Source: Thermofilaceae archaeon (lineage in GTDB: Archaea; Thermoproteota; Thermoprotei; Thermofilales; Thermofilaceae). From it: a stretch of 25,677 nucleotides of DNA. Positions 8,767 to 16,940 of this stretch are shown one piece after another. How positions within the stretch are numbered: position 1 is the first letter of the stretch; each line of letters starts with the position of its first letter. The notes under the pieces are model-generated. The model searched no databases and was not told the DNA's origin. It saw nothing but the letters and a program-made list of their open reading frames with translations. A program made the position numbers and the translations under genes. Where the stretch lies: positions 1-25,677 of the forward strand of contig JAVYWK010000026.1 in assembly GCA_038727095.1 (NCBI GenBank), written 5' to 3'.

Positions 8767-10119
8767 ATGACAGTGACAGGGAGGTACGACTACGTCGTTG
8801 TCGGCGGTGGGCCCGCGGGGATGACCGCCGCCTCGCGCATCAAAAGGTTGAAGCCCAACGCCCGCGTCGCAGTCTTCGAGAGGAGCGGCTTCGTCAGTTA
8901 CGCCCCCTGTGGCACCCCCTACTACATCGGTGGGCTCGTCGACAGCTTGGGGAAGCTCGTCCACTACACAGTCGACGAGTTCAGGCGGCGGGGGATAGAC
9001 GTGTACACGAATGCCGAGGTCGTGGAGGCGGGCCAGGGCTTCGTTAGAGTCCGCTTCAGCGACGGCGAGAGGGTATACGAGTGGGGCAAGCTGATCCTCG
9101 CGACCGGCGCCAGGCCCCGCCTACCCCCGGTGAGGGGGTTGGACCTAGAGGGGGTCTTGACCCTACGAACCTTGGAGGACGCGGAGAGGGCGAGGAGGCA
9201 CGTCCTGGAGGCCCGCAGGGTGGCTGTGATCGGCGCCGGATACATCGGGCTTGAGGTTGCGGAGAACCTGCGCAGGCTCGGCAAGGAGGTTCTAATCCTG
9301 GAGATCCTCCCCCACGTGATGCCCACCCTGGACGGGGACATGGCCTCCCTCGTCGAGGGTGAGCTGAGGAGGAACGGTGTCAACCTGCACTTGAGCGAGG
9401 GGGTGAGGGAACTGGAGGGCGACGGTAGGGTGAGGCGGGTCATCACCGACAGGGGCGCTTACGAGGTTGACGCAGTGTTCGTAGCCACGGGGGTTGCACC
9501 GGAGGTTCAGCTGGCCGAGAAGCTGGGCGTCAAGCTGGGCCCGACAGGGGCAATCGCTGTCAACCGGCGGATGGAGACGAGCGTGGAGGGCATCTACGCG
9601 GCCGGAGACGCTGCTGAAGCGGTCAACCTCGTCACCGGCAAGCCCGACTGGTTCCCCCTCGCTCCGGTAGCCAACAAGATGGGCTACGTGGCCGGCGCGA
9701 ACGCTGCCGGGGGTTACGCGGAGTTCCCGGGGGCGGTGGGCACGGCTGTTACAAAGGTGTTCGACCTGGAGATCGGTAGGACTGGTTTGACGGAGGCCCG
9801 CGCCGAGAGGGAGGGGTTCAAACCCGTCTCCGCGAAGATCAGGGCGGGCACAAGGTCGTCGTACTACCCAGGTGCAGCTGAGATCACGGTGAAGCTGATC
9901 GCGGACAGGGAGACGGGGAGGCTACTGGGGGGCCAATTCATCGGGCGGGAGGGCGTGCTCGCCAGGGTCAACACGCTCGCGGCCCTCCTGATGCGGGGGG
10001 CCACGGTCGAGGACCTTTTCTTCGCCGACCTGGGCTACGCCCCGCCCTTCGCGCCGGTTTGGGACCCGCTGATCGTCGCAGCCCGAGTGCTCCTGCGAGA
10101 GCTGAGGGGTGCCGATTAG
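8767..10119 (+). CDS. cdr: CoA-disulfide reductase / NAD(P)H sulfur oxidoreductase family flavoprotein
   Basis: GGGPAG FAD motif, single-Cys SYAPCG, GAGYIG NAD(P)H motif, YAAGD and C-terminal YAPPF. Confidence 0.85.
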   Translation: MTVTGRYDYVVVGGGPAGMTAASRIKRLKPNARVAVFERSGFVSYAPCGTPYYIGGLVDSLGKLVHYTVDEFRRRGIDVYTNAEVVEAGQGFVRVRFSDGERVYEWGKLILATGARPRLPPVRGLDLEGVLTLRTLEDAERARRHVLEARRVAVIGAGYIGLEVAENLRRLGKEVLILEILPHVMPTLDGDMASLVEGELRRNGVNLHLSEGVRELEGDGRVRRVITDRGAYEVDAVFVATGVAPEVQLAEKLGVKLGPTGAIAVNRRMETSVEGIYAAGDAAEAVNLVTGKPDWFPLAPVANKMGYVAGANAAGGYAEFPGAVGTAVTKVFDLEIGRTGLTEARAEREGFKPVSAKIRAGTRSSYYPGAAEITVKLIADRETGRLLGGQFIGREGVLARVNTLAALLMRGATVEDLFFADLGYAPPFAPVWDPLIVAARVLLRELRGAD

Positions 10120-10150
10120 CACCGATGGCTGCCGGCGGGCTGGGCCACCT

Positions 10151-12703
10151 TCAGCCTTGGATCCGCTCCACCTCGAAGTAGTCGGGAGGAGGCTCGTAGA
10201 CGTAGATCTCCTCCTGCCTGATCCTCAGCATGTTCGCTAGCGCCCGGCTTCTCAACGCCACCCTCAGAATGTTGTAGGCGCTCCTCTGCAGCTGGCCCAG
10301 GGTCAGCGTCCCGTTCCACAGGGCCTCCTTCACCTGCCCCACCACGAGGTTATAGGCGGTGTGGGGCGCCCAAGGTACGTACTCCGTGTAAGGCATCAGG
10401 GCGTCGTTCCCCGCCGCGTAGGCCTTGTAGTTGTAGCTGGCCGACCACCAGTCGGTCATCACGAGGCCGTCGAAGCCCCACTCCCCCCTCAACACCACCG
10501 TGCAGAGCTCGAAGTAGTTGCCGGTGTAGACCCCGTTGAGCTTGTTGTAGGAGGTCATCACGGCCCAGGGCCTGGCCGTCCTAACGGCGATCTCGAAGGC
10601 CTTGAGGTAGATCTCCCTGAGCGCTCTCTCCGAGACTATCGAGTCGGAGACGTACCTGTACGCCTCCTGGTCGTTGGCGACGAAGTGCTTCAGCGTCGCC
10701 CCCACCCCCTGGTTGCCCTGCAGGCCCTTTACGGCTGCGGCCGCCATTGTGCCCGCGAGGAGTGGGTCCTCCGAGTAGTACTCGGCGTTCCTGCCGCAGA
10801 GCGGGTTCCTGTGGAGGTTTAGGCCGGGAGCCAGCCAGAGGCTGATCCCAGCCCAGAGCAGCTCCCTCCCGATCTGCCGGCCCACCTCGTACTCGAGAGC
10901 CAAGTTCCACGTGGCCGCCCTACTCGACGCCCCTGGGAAGGCTGTCCCGTGTAGGTTGCCCGGTAGCCATAGCTTCGCTCCGTTCGGGCCGTCGGTCTGC
11001 CTGAGCTCGGGTATGCGGCGGGCGGCGAGGGAAGGCACCGCGCTACCGCGGAGGCCTATGGTCACGTCTATCAGCTCCTCCACGCTCATCTGCCCCACTA
11101 GCTCCTCGAGCGTGTAGGCGCCCTCAACGACGTGCCTCATGGTTATCGTCTCCCCCACGTCCGGCCTGCTGAGTTCGGGCGGGAAGTAGGGGGGAAGCGT
11201 GCCCACCCTCTCCCTGATCAGCCCTGGGTCCAGGGTGAGCGTGGGCGCTCCCTCGATTTCCGCGCGCTCGCCAGGGTAGCTCCACGGCTTAACGTCTGGC
11301 CCCCTGCGCAGTACTTCGACGCCCAGCTCCCTCGCTCTCCGGTGGAAGTAGTCCGAGCCCAGCTTGATCGAAGCCCTCTCAACGACGACCCTCCTGGGCA
11401 GGACGACCTTCGCGACGACCTGGGTGCTCCTCGACGAGTTCCCGACCCTGACCAGGTACACCCCCTCCTCGAGGATCCAAGCCCCCTCCTCCTCGTCGAA
11501 GGAGGCCGCGCTCGTCATATCGAAGGAGATCCTGAGTGTCTGGGACTCGCCGGGCTTGAGCAAGTCGGTCTTTGCGAAGGCCACCAGCCTCTGGTGCTCC
11601 TTCTCGAGCCTGCCAGCAGGTGGAGTAACGTAGACCTGGACGACCTCCTTCCCGTCGTACCCCCCAACGTTGGCGACCTTGACGGTTAAAGCGACCCTTG
11701 TTCCACGGAGCTCGACTCGCTCCACGTCTATCCTGAAGCTCGTGTAGGAGAGGCCGAACCCGAAGGGGAAGAGCGGGTCGACGTTGAAGGTGTCGAAGTA
11801 CCGGTACCCGACGTAGATGCCCTCGCAGTAGACCACGTCCACCGACCCCCAGCACCTGGACGAGGGGTAGTCCTCCCAGCTCCTCGCCCAGGTGAAGGGC
11901 AGCTTACCCGATGGCGAGACCCTGCCCAGAAGCACGTTCGCCACCGCGTAACCACCCATTTCGCCCGGGTAGCCAACCCAGAGGATCGCATCGACGTCGT
12001 CCACGACCGGCGCTATGCCGAGAGCGTGGGGCGTGTTGAGGATCAGAACCACCCTCTCGAAGTACCTTGCGACAGTCTTTATGAGCTGCAGCTCGTCATC
12101 CTCCAGCTCGTAGCCCCTGAAGTAGTAAGAGCCCGACAGCTGCTCAGTGTAGTACTGGAACCACCACCCGGCGCTGAACCACCCGCCCCTCCTGGGCAGG
12201 TCGAAGTCCTCGCTGGTGTAGCGGCTCAGCACGATTAGGGCCACATCGTTCCTCTCGGCGAACCTCCTCACTTCATCCTCCGTGAAGGGCATCTCGTTCG
12301 TCCTAGCCGGCAGACTGGTAGCGCTGTAAGCCCTTGAAACCTCCTCGTCCACCGCGAGGCCGTACTCGAGGAGAGCTTCGAGAAGGGTCACCACCCTCCG
12401 CGAATCCAGCGGGACAAAGGACGACCCTCCCTCGTGGTACCACAACGTGACGTTCTGCCCAGTCCCGAAGACCGCGATCCTCGCTTTGGGGTTCAACGGC
12501 AGGACCCCATCGTTCTTGAGGAGGACCACGCCCTCCTCCGCCACCCTTCTGGCGAGCTCCCTACCCTCGACGAGCAGGCTCGGCAGCTCCAAGCGCTCCT
12601 GTTGAGGGGGTCGATGCTCCACGCCTCGAGGGGCGACGCGAAGCAGAACGATGAAGAGCAGCGCTACAACGCCCAGAGCCGCGATGAGCGCCTTCTTGCT
12701 CAT
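10151..12703 (-). CDS. Membrane-anchored or secreted GH3 beta-glycosidase with inverted domain order
   Basis: MSKKALIAALGVVALLFIVLL signal/anchor at ATG 12703; AEEGVVLLKN domain first, Fn3-like GKEVVQVY in the middle, barrel motifs (GRNAEYYSEDP, LKHF, VMTDW nucleophile) last. Confidence 0.92.
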   Translation of the reverse strand: MSKKALIAALGVVALLFIVLLRVAPRGVEHRPPQQERLELPSLLVEGRELARRVAEEGVVLLKNDGVLPLNPKARIAVFGTGQNVTLWYHEGGSSFVPLDSRRVVTLLEALLEYGLAVDEEVSRAYSATSLPARTNEMPFTEDEVRRFAERNDVALIVLSRYTSEDFDLPRRGGWFSAGWWFQYYTEQLSGSYYFRGYELEDDELQLIKTVARYFERVVLILNTPHALGIAPVVDDVDAILWVGYPGEMGGYAVANVLLGRVSPSGKLPFTWARSWEDYPSSRCWGSVDVVYCEGIYVGYRYFDTFNVDPLFPFGFGLSYTSFRIDVERVELRGTRVALTVKVANVGGYDGKEVVQVYVTPPAGRLEKEHQRLVAFAKTDLLKPGESQTLRISFDMTSAASFDEEEGAWILEEGVYLVRVGNSSRSTQVVAKVVLPRRVVVERASIKLGSDYFHRRARELGVEVLRRGPDVKPWSYPGERAEIEGAPTLTLDPGLIRERVGTLPPYFPPELSRPDVGETITMRHVVEGAYTLEELVGQMSVEELIDVTIGLRGSAVPSLAARRIPELRQTDGPNGAKLWLPGNLHGTAFPGASSRAATWNLALEYEVGRQIGRELLWAGISLWLAPGLNLHRNPLCGRNAEYYSEDPLLAGTMAAAAVKGLQGNQGVGATLKHFVANDQEAYRYVSDSIVSERALREIYLKAFEIAVRTARPWAVMTSYNKLNGVYTGNYFELCTVVLRGEWGFDGLVMTDWWSASYNYKAYAAGNDALMPYTEYVPWAPHTAYNLVVGQVKEALWNGTLTLGQLQRSAYNILRVALRSRALANMLRIRQEEIYVYEPPPDYFEVERIQG

Positions 12704-12774
12704 GGGTGGAGTCGCCGAAAACTCGTAGAAATTCCTTCTGCAAAGCGGTGGGCTCCGCGATCGCGCCGATTCGC

Positions 12775-12780
12775 TTTTAA
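12775..12780 (+). promoter_or_regulatory. TATA box for the tandem box C/D sRNAs
   Basis: TTTTAA ends about 21 nt before the first candidate sRNA, the same spacing seen at leaderless genes here; no plus-strand start codon at that distance. Confidence 0.55.
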
Positions 12781-12800
12781 GCCGCCGGTGGATGGAGAGT

Positions 12801-12861
12801 TGCGGGATGATCGGCCGATGGCAGACTGAAAGGTGATTGAGAGGGTAAGCTGCTTGACCGC
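12801..12861 (+). ncRNA. Candidate box C/D sRNA (degenerate boxes)
   Basis: C GGGATGA 12804-12810, D' CTGA 12826-12829, C' GTGATTGA 12833-12840, D TTGA 12854-12857; 15- and 13-nt guides; GCGG/CCGC complementary ends. Confidence 0.55.
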
Positions 12862-12863
12862 GC

Positions 12864-12920
12864 GCAGATGATGAGTGAACTCCCCGCGTGAACTGTGATC
12901 GTGTTTCTGGTCGCTGATGC
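12864..12920 (+). ncRNA. Box C/D sRNA
   Basis: Perfect C ATGATGA 12868-12874 and D CTGA 12914-12917; D' GTGA 12888-12891, C'-like GTGATCG 12895-12901; GCA/TGC terminal stem; intergenic. Confidence 0.78.
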
Positions 12921-12982
12921 CGCTCGTTCAGCAACCTTGAAATAAGCAGGTTTCCCGCTAGTGCGGCTTCGGGTGCCAGACG

Positions 12983-14413
12983 ATGCAGTACCGCTACGCT
13001 CTGCTGGCATCAGCGCTACTCGCGCTGGCATTAACGCTGCTCGTTCTGCTCCGATCCCCCAGTGAGAGCGAGCGGCCGGCGCCTCTAGACGTTAAGGCGG
13101 TAGCGGGGGTTAGAAGCCTCACCGTCGAATTGAACGCCAGTGGGAGGGTCAGGATCGCAGTCCGGCCCCTCGATCCTCCGTCGGGCTACCCTAAGCCGCC
13201 CAGCGAGGGGGAGAGGGTGGTTGAGCTGGAGTGCGGTGGCCGTTGTACAGCAATCGTGGAGGTGGCGGGAGGTAGGGGTTACAGCGTGACGGTGGAAGCA
13301 GGCGAGGGGAGGGCTACGATCACTGTCCCTTACGTGAGGGAGTTTGAGGATCTAGCCTCAAGGCTGTGGGAGAGGGGAGTCGTGGTTAGCGCCGCTTACA
13401 TGCCTTGGAGGATGGGGGAGGTCTTGGGATCAGACTGGCGCGGTGATCAGCCGCTGCTCGGCCTCTACGATGCATCCGACGATTACGCGCAGTGGCGCCA
13501 CATCGACTTGGCCAGGGGGTACGGCGTGCACGTGTTCTGGGTCGACTGGACGATGTACGCCAGCACTGAAGCCGGCGAGAGAATCTTCCAGGTCACGAGG
13601 GGGCTGCTGGAGAAGGGGATGGTCGTGGGAATCATGATTGGCCCGCAGGTGAACATGCGCTGGGGGAGCGGCTACCCCTCCATCGACCTCGGCGACCAGC
13701 TGAACGCAAGGATCCTTCTCGACCTCGTGCGAAGAGCCCTACCGCTGATGAAGCACCCTAACTACTACAGGGTTGAAGGTCGCCCCGCGCTCCTAGTTTG
13801 GAACGAGGCCGCCTTCTACAACAGGCGGGACGCCTACAGGGCGCTCAGGGAGCTTGTCAAGGGGGAGCTGGGCGTGGAGCCCTACCTCATCGCGGATGCT
13901 CTTCCGAGAATCCAGCGGGGTGAGAAGCTCGTTCCCGGGACGCCGGGGGGTCGTTGGTACATCGACAACCTGCTCCTCCGCGGAGACGGGGCGGACGCGT
14001 ACGTGGACGCCTACACGTCGTGGATCGGCTTCTACTCCGTGCAGGGACAGCGCGCTCTCTCGCCAAGCGAGCTGGCGGAGTACCAGAGCCTCTACAGGGA
14101 GCACCTCCACTCCTGGTGGAGCTTCTCGAAGGCTCGGGGGAAGTGTCTGATCCCCACCGTTAGCCCGGGCTTCGACAGGACTCACGATGCGGGCTTCGGT
14201 CAGCCGTGGCCCATCCCGCGCGACCCTACGCGCTTCGCCTCGATGCTCGAGGCTGCCCTGCAGGTCGCGGCTGAATGCGGTGAGGTTCGCATTGACACGT
14301 GGAACGACTTCTTCGAAGGGTCGTACATCGAGCCCTCGGTGAGAGAGGGCTTCCTCTTCCTCGAAGCGCTCGCCTCAGCTTTGTCGCGAGCCTGTAGTAG
14401 TTTAGGCGAGTGA
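12983..14413 (+). CDS. Membrane-anchored GH99/GH71-like glycoside hydrolase
   Basis: N-terminal hydrophobic anchor; YMPW, PLLGLYD, HIDLARGYGVHVFWVDW, YYRVEGRP, PTVSPGFD and WNDFFEGSYIEPS match the GH99-like pattern; GGGTG SD at 12971-12975. Confidence 0.8.
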   Translation: MQYRYALLASALLALALTLLVLLRSPSESERPAPLDVKAVAGVRSLTVELNASGRVRIAVRPLDPPSGYPKPPSEGERVVELECGGRCTAIVEVAGGRGYSVTVEAGEGRATITVPYVREFEDLASRLWERGVVVSAAYMPWRMGEVLGSDWRGDQPLLGLYDASDDYAQWRHIDLARGYGVHVFWVDWTMYASTEAGERIFQVTRGLLEKGMVVGIMIGPQVNMRWGSGYPSIDLGDQLNARILLDLVRRALPLMKHPNYYRVEGRPALLVWNEAAFYNRRDAYRALRELVKGELGVEPYLIADALPRIQRGEKLVPGTPGGRWYIDNLLLRGDGADAYVDAYTSWIGFYSVQGQRALSPSELAEYQSLYREHLHSWWSFSKARGKCLIPTVSPGFDRTHDAGFGQPWPIPRDPTRFASMLEAALQVAAECGEVRIDTWNDFFEGSYIEPSVREGFLFLEALASALSRACSSLGE

Positions 14414-14455
14414 ACAAGGCAAAGCATTTTAGCCCTTAGGCACCTTCTACCCGCT

Positions 14456-15457
14456 ATGCGGAGCAGCCTGATCACTGTACCCCTCATCGCCCTCGTAGCC
14501 GCGCTCGCTGCTGCTCAGACGCTCACCCCCCTCACCTTGAACGTTAATAGGGAGCTGAAGATCATCGCGAGCTACCCGCTCGAGGTCAAGTATAGCAGCA
14601 GAGTCAGGATGGTTTTTGACGTCACTTCAACTGCCAACCTGACGGTGCGGGAGCTTAGGGTGAGGATCACCCTTGTCCACGAAGGGGGCGCTGCCACGCT
14701 CTACGACGCTCTGCTCATCAAAGACAAGTACATGCCGCCCGGCCACCAGGTCCAGCAAGCAATCGAGTTCCAAGCTTCAATACCCGCACCGAGGCCGCCG
14801 GTGGACCCCTTCCTCGAGATGCTCATAATCGTCAACTACACGGTCGACGGCACCCCCCGGTTCTTCGAGCACAAGGCCTCCATCTCGATCGTGACCCGCA
14901 TGACGTACAGCGAGCTGACAGCCGCGCTGGCTGAAGCCCAGCAGAAGGCCCAGCTGGCCGATAAGCTCGCTCAGCAGGTCCGCGAGTTGGAGTTGAAGCT
15001 CGCCAACGCGTCGGGGGTCTGCGCTGTTCTGAGCGAGCAGGTGAAGAAGCTGAGCGCGGAGAACAACGCTTTGAAGCTGCAGCTCGGAGCGCTGCAAGCC
15101 GCGAACGCCAGCTTGAGCGCCAGAGTCGCTCAGCTAACCGCCGAGAACGCGGCCTTGAGGAACGAGCTCCTCGCCGTCAGGGAGGAGAAGGGGGGTCTCT
15201 CGTCGAGGCTCGTCAACATCGAAAGCAGCTACAACGCACTCTTAGCTGAGGTCGGCAGGATAAAGCAGGAGAACGAGCGCCTCCTCTCCGAGGTAACGAG
15301 CTTGAAGCTGGCTCTAGCTGTTGCCGTGACCATTGCCCTGGCGCTAGCGGTGCTGCTCGCGACGAAAGTGAGGATCGGGAGGAGAACGCCTCTACCCCCT
15401 CCGCCACCGCCTCCCCCACCGCCGCCCCCAGCGCAGGGGATCGAGCTCATCGACTAG
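14456..15457 (+). CDS. Hypothetical single-pass membrane protein: signal peptide, beta-rich domain, coiled coil, TM helix, poly-Pro tail
   Basis: Hydrophobic N-terminus ending LAAA-Q; long Leu heptad repeat; ALAVAVTIALALAVLLA TM followed by basic residues; 12 consecutive Pro; TTTTA 24 nt before the ATG. Confidence 0.85.
   Translation: MRSSLITVPLIALVAALAAAQTLTPLTLNVNRELKIIASYPLEVKYSSRVRMVFDVTSTANLTVRELRVRITLVHEGGAATLYDALLIKDKYMPPGHQVQQAIEFQASIPAPRPPVDPFLEMLIIVNYTVDGTPRFFEHKASISIVTRMTYSELTAALAEAQQKAQLADKLAQQVRELELKLANASGVCAVLSEQVKKLSAENNALKLQLGALQAANASLSARVAQLTAENAALRNELLAVREEKGGLSSRLVNIESSYNALLAEVGRIKQENERLLSEVTSLKLALAVAVTIALALAVLLATKVRIGRRTPLPPPPPPPPPPPPAQGIELID
15395..15430 (+). repeat. (CCN)12 polyproline-coding tract
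   Basis: ccc cct ccg cca ccg cct ccc cca ccg ccg ccc cca. Confidence 0.9.
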
Positions 15458-15508
15458 CTGGGCAGCAAATCGCGGGGAATAGAGGTGGGTACTCCGCACT
15501 CTCTGAGC

Positions 15509-16420
15509 TTAGACGTTCCACCATCGGGCTTCCCTGACCTCGACTTCGCCTCCGAGCCAGTAGACGTACTTGAAACCGCGCCAGTTCAACGCTGCAGCGC
15601 CGATCTCCCTCTTTGATGCTACGACTACTCCCAGCCTGTAGGCCTCCTCGTCGAGCCGCGCGACCTCCGCGGCAGCCTCGATGACTGCCTCGGCCGCCTC
15701 CTGTGGCGTGTAGCCCTTGGATAGGAGGAAAACGGCCCGGAAGGCCGCGCTGGTGCGCAAGGCAACTTCACCTACTCCGGTCAGTACCGCAGCCCCCCAA
15801 CGGCTGTCGGCGTAGAAGCCCGCGCCAACGACGGCTGAGTCCGCCACCCGGCCAGGGAACTTGAAGGCTATCCCGCTCGTTGAAGTGCCGGCCGCTACGC
15901 TCCCCTTGGCGTCCACGGCGATGACGCCTATCGTGTCGTGGTAGACTTGGGCGGCGGCCTTGAACAGCTTCGAGTAGTAGGCTGCGAGATCCCCGGCGCC
16001 CCGCGCAACCCTCTCCTCCAGCTTCTCCCTCTCGGCCAGCAGCTCGGGGGCCGCTTTCGAGCTGGGGACGGTTTCGAGCTTCAATGCCTCTGCGAGCCTC
16101 GTCGTAGACTCGCCAACGATGAGGATGTGCGGTAGAAGGTCGAGGCACTTCCTCGCCAGGCTAATCGGGTTGCGAACCCGCTTCACCGCCGCGACGCCGC
16201 AAGCCCTCAGGGAGTCCCCGTCCATGATGCCGGCGTCCAGCTCCACATCCCCCGCATAGTTGGGGTAGCCGCCGAGCCCCACGGTGCGATTCGCCGGGTC
16301 CAGCTCAACCGTTTTGATGCCCTCCTCCACGGCATCTAGGGCTGATCCTCCCTCGAGCAGCTTTCGGCGCGCGGCTTCGACCGCTTTAACGCCAAAGTCG
16401 TGGTAGGAAGCTACGAGCAC
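15509..16420 (-). CDS. Ntn-hydrolase, asparaginase-2 family (glycosylasparaginase / isoaspartyl peptidase-like)
   Basis: TVGLGGYPN..GDVELDAGIMDG, HD|TIG autoprocessing site, GTSTSG, PGRVADS and TGVGE. Confidence 0.9.
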   Translation of the reverse strand: MLVASYHDFGVKAVEAARRKLLEGGSALDAVEEGIKTVELDPANRTVGLGGYPNYAGDVELDAGIMDGDSLRACGVAAVKRVRNPISLARKCLDLLPHILIVGESTTRLAEALKLETVPSSKAAPELLAEREKLEERVARGAGDLAAYYSKLFKAAAQVYHDTIGVIAVDAKGSVAAGTSTSGIAFKFPGRVADSAVVGAGFYADSRWGAAVLTGVGEVALRTSAAFRAVFLLSKGYTPQEAAEAVIEAAAEVARLDEEAYRLGVVVASKREIGAAALNWRGFKYVYWLGGEVEVREARWWNV

Positions 16421-16468
16421 GCGTGCCCCCCACCCTTATCCTTATTTCGCTCTCGTTTACCACAATGC

Positions 16469-16490
16469 TTAAATAACTAAGTTAGCTTAG
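16469..16490 (+). promoter_or_regulatory. PadR promoter with overlapping palindromes (candidate operator)
   Basis: TTAAATA 16469-16475, 22 nt before ATG 16498; TAACT-A-AGTTA 16474-16484 and CTAAG-N4-CTTAG 16477-16490. Confidence 0.6.
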
Positions 16491-16497
16491 AAACTTG

Positions 16498-16914
16498 ATG
16501 CACGAGCACGAGTGGGAGCACAAGCACGAGTGGGAGCACAAGCACTTCCGCGGACCACCGCCCTTCATACCCCCAGGCTTAGGGCCGCCCGGCTTCTGGC
16601 CGCCGCCGGGGCTCCACGTCAGGGGTCTGCTGCACCTGGCCATACTCAAGATCTTGAAGGAGCAACCCCTGCACGGCAGCGAGATACAGCGGCTCCTGAA
16701 GGAGCGGTACGGCCTCGAGGTTTCGGGGCCCGCTGTCTACGGGGCTTTGAAGAAGCTCGAAGCCTTCGGCCTCGTCGTGGCCACTTGGGACACAACGGGG
16801 CCAGGCCCCGCTCGGAGGATCCACAGGATCACCGAGGAGGGCGCCGCGTACCTCGATACAGCCGCCGAGAAGCTGAGGAAGCTGAAGGACTTCATCGATA
16901 AGCTAACATCTTAA
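16498..16914 (+). CDS. PadR-family transcriptional regulator with His-rich N-terminus
   Basis: RGLLHLAILKIL...PLHGSEI, GPAVYGALKKLE.GLV and GPARRIHRITEEG PadR pattern. Confidence 0.92.
   Translation: MHEHEWEHKHEWEHKHFRGPPPFIPPGLGPPGFWPPPGLHVRGLLHLAILKILKEQPLHGSEIQRLLKERYGLEVSGPAVYGALKKLEAFGLVVATWDTTGPGPARRIHRITEEGAAYLDTAAEKLRKLKDFIDKLTS
16507..16542 (+). repeat. Exact 18-bp tandem duplication encoding HEWEHK x2
   Basis: CACGAGTGGGAGCACAAG at 16507-16524 and 16525-16542. Confidence 0.95.
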
Positions 16915-16940
16915 ATAATCCAGCCCCGCATCCCCGTCCC

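Noticed and set aside
12756-12765. Palindrome CGCGATCGCG
   Set aside because: Short and GC-rich; expected by chance in this composition.
12704-12934. 77-aa N-terminal extension of the GH3 ORF in the track
   Set aside because: Not protein-like, would bury the signal anchor at Met 12703, and overlaps the sRNA candidates on the opposite strand.
15229-15450. Poly-Gly ORF on the minus strand
   Set aside because: Antisense shadow of the poly-Pro tract.
16507-16542. Direct repeat as a CRISPR remnant
   Set aside because: Two abutting in-frame 18-bp copies, no spacers and no cas genes.
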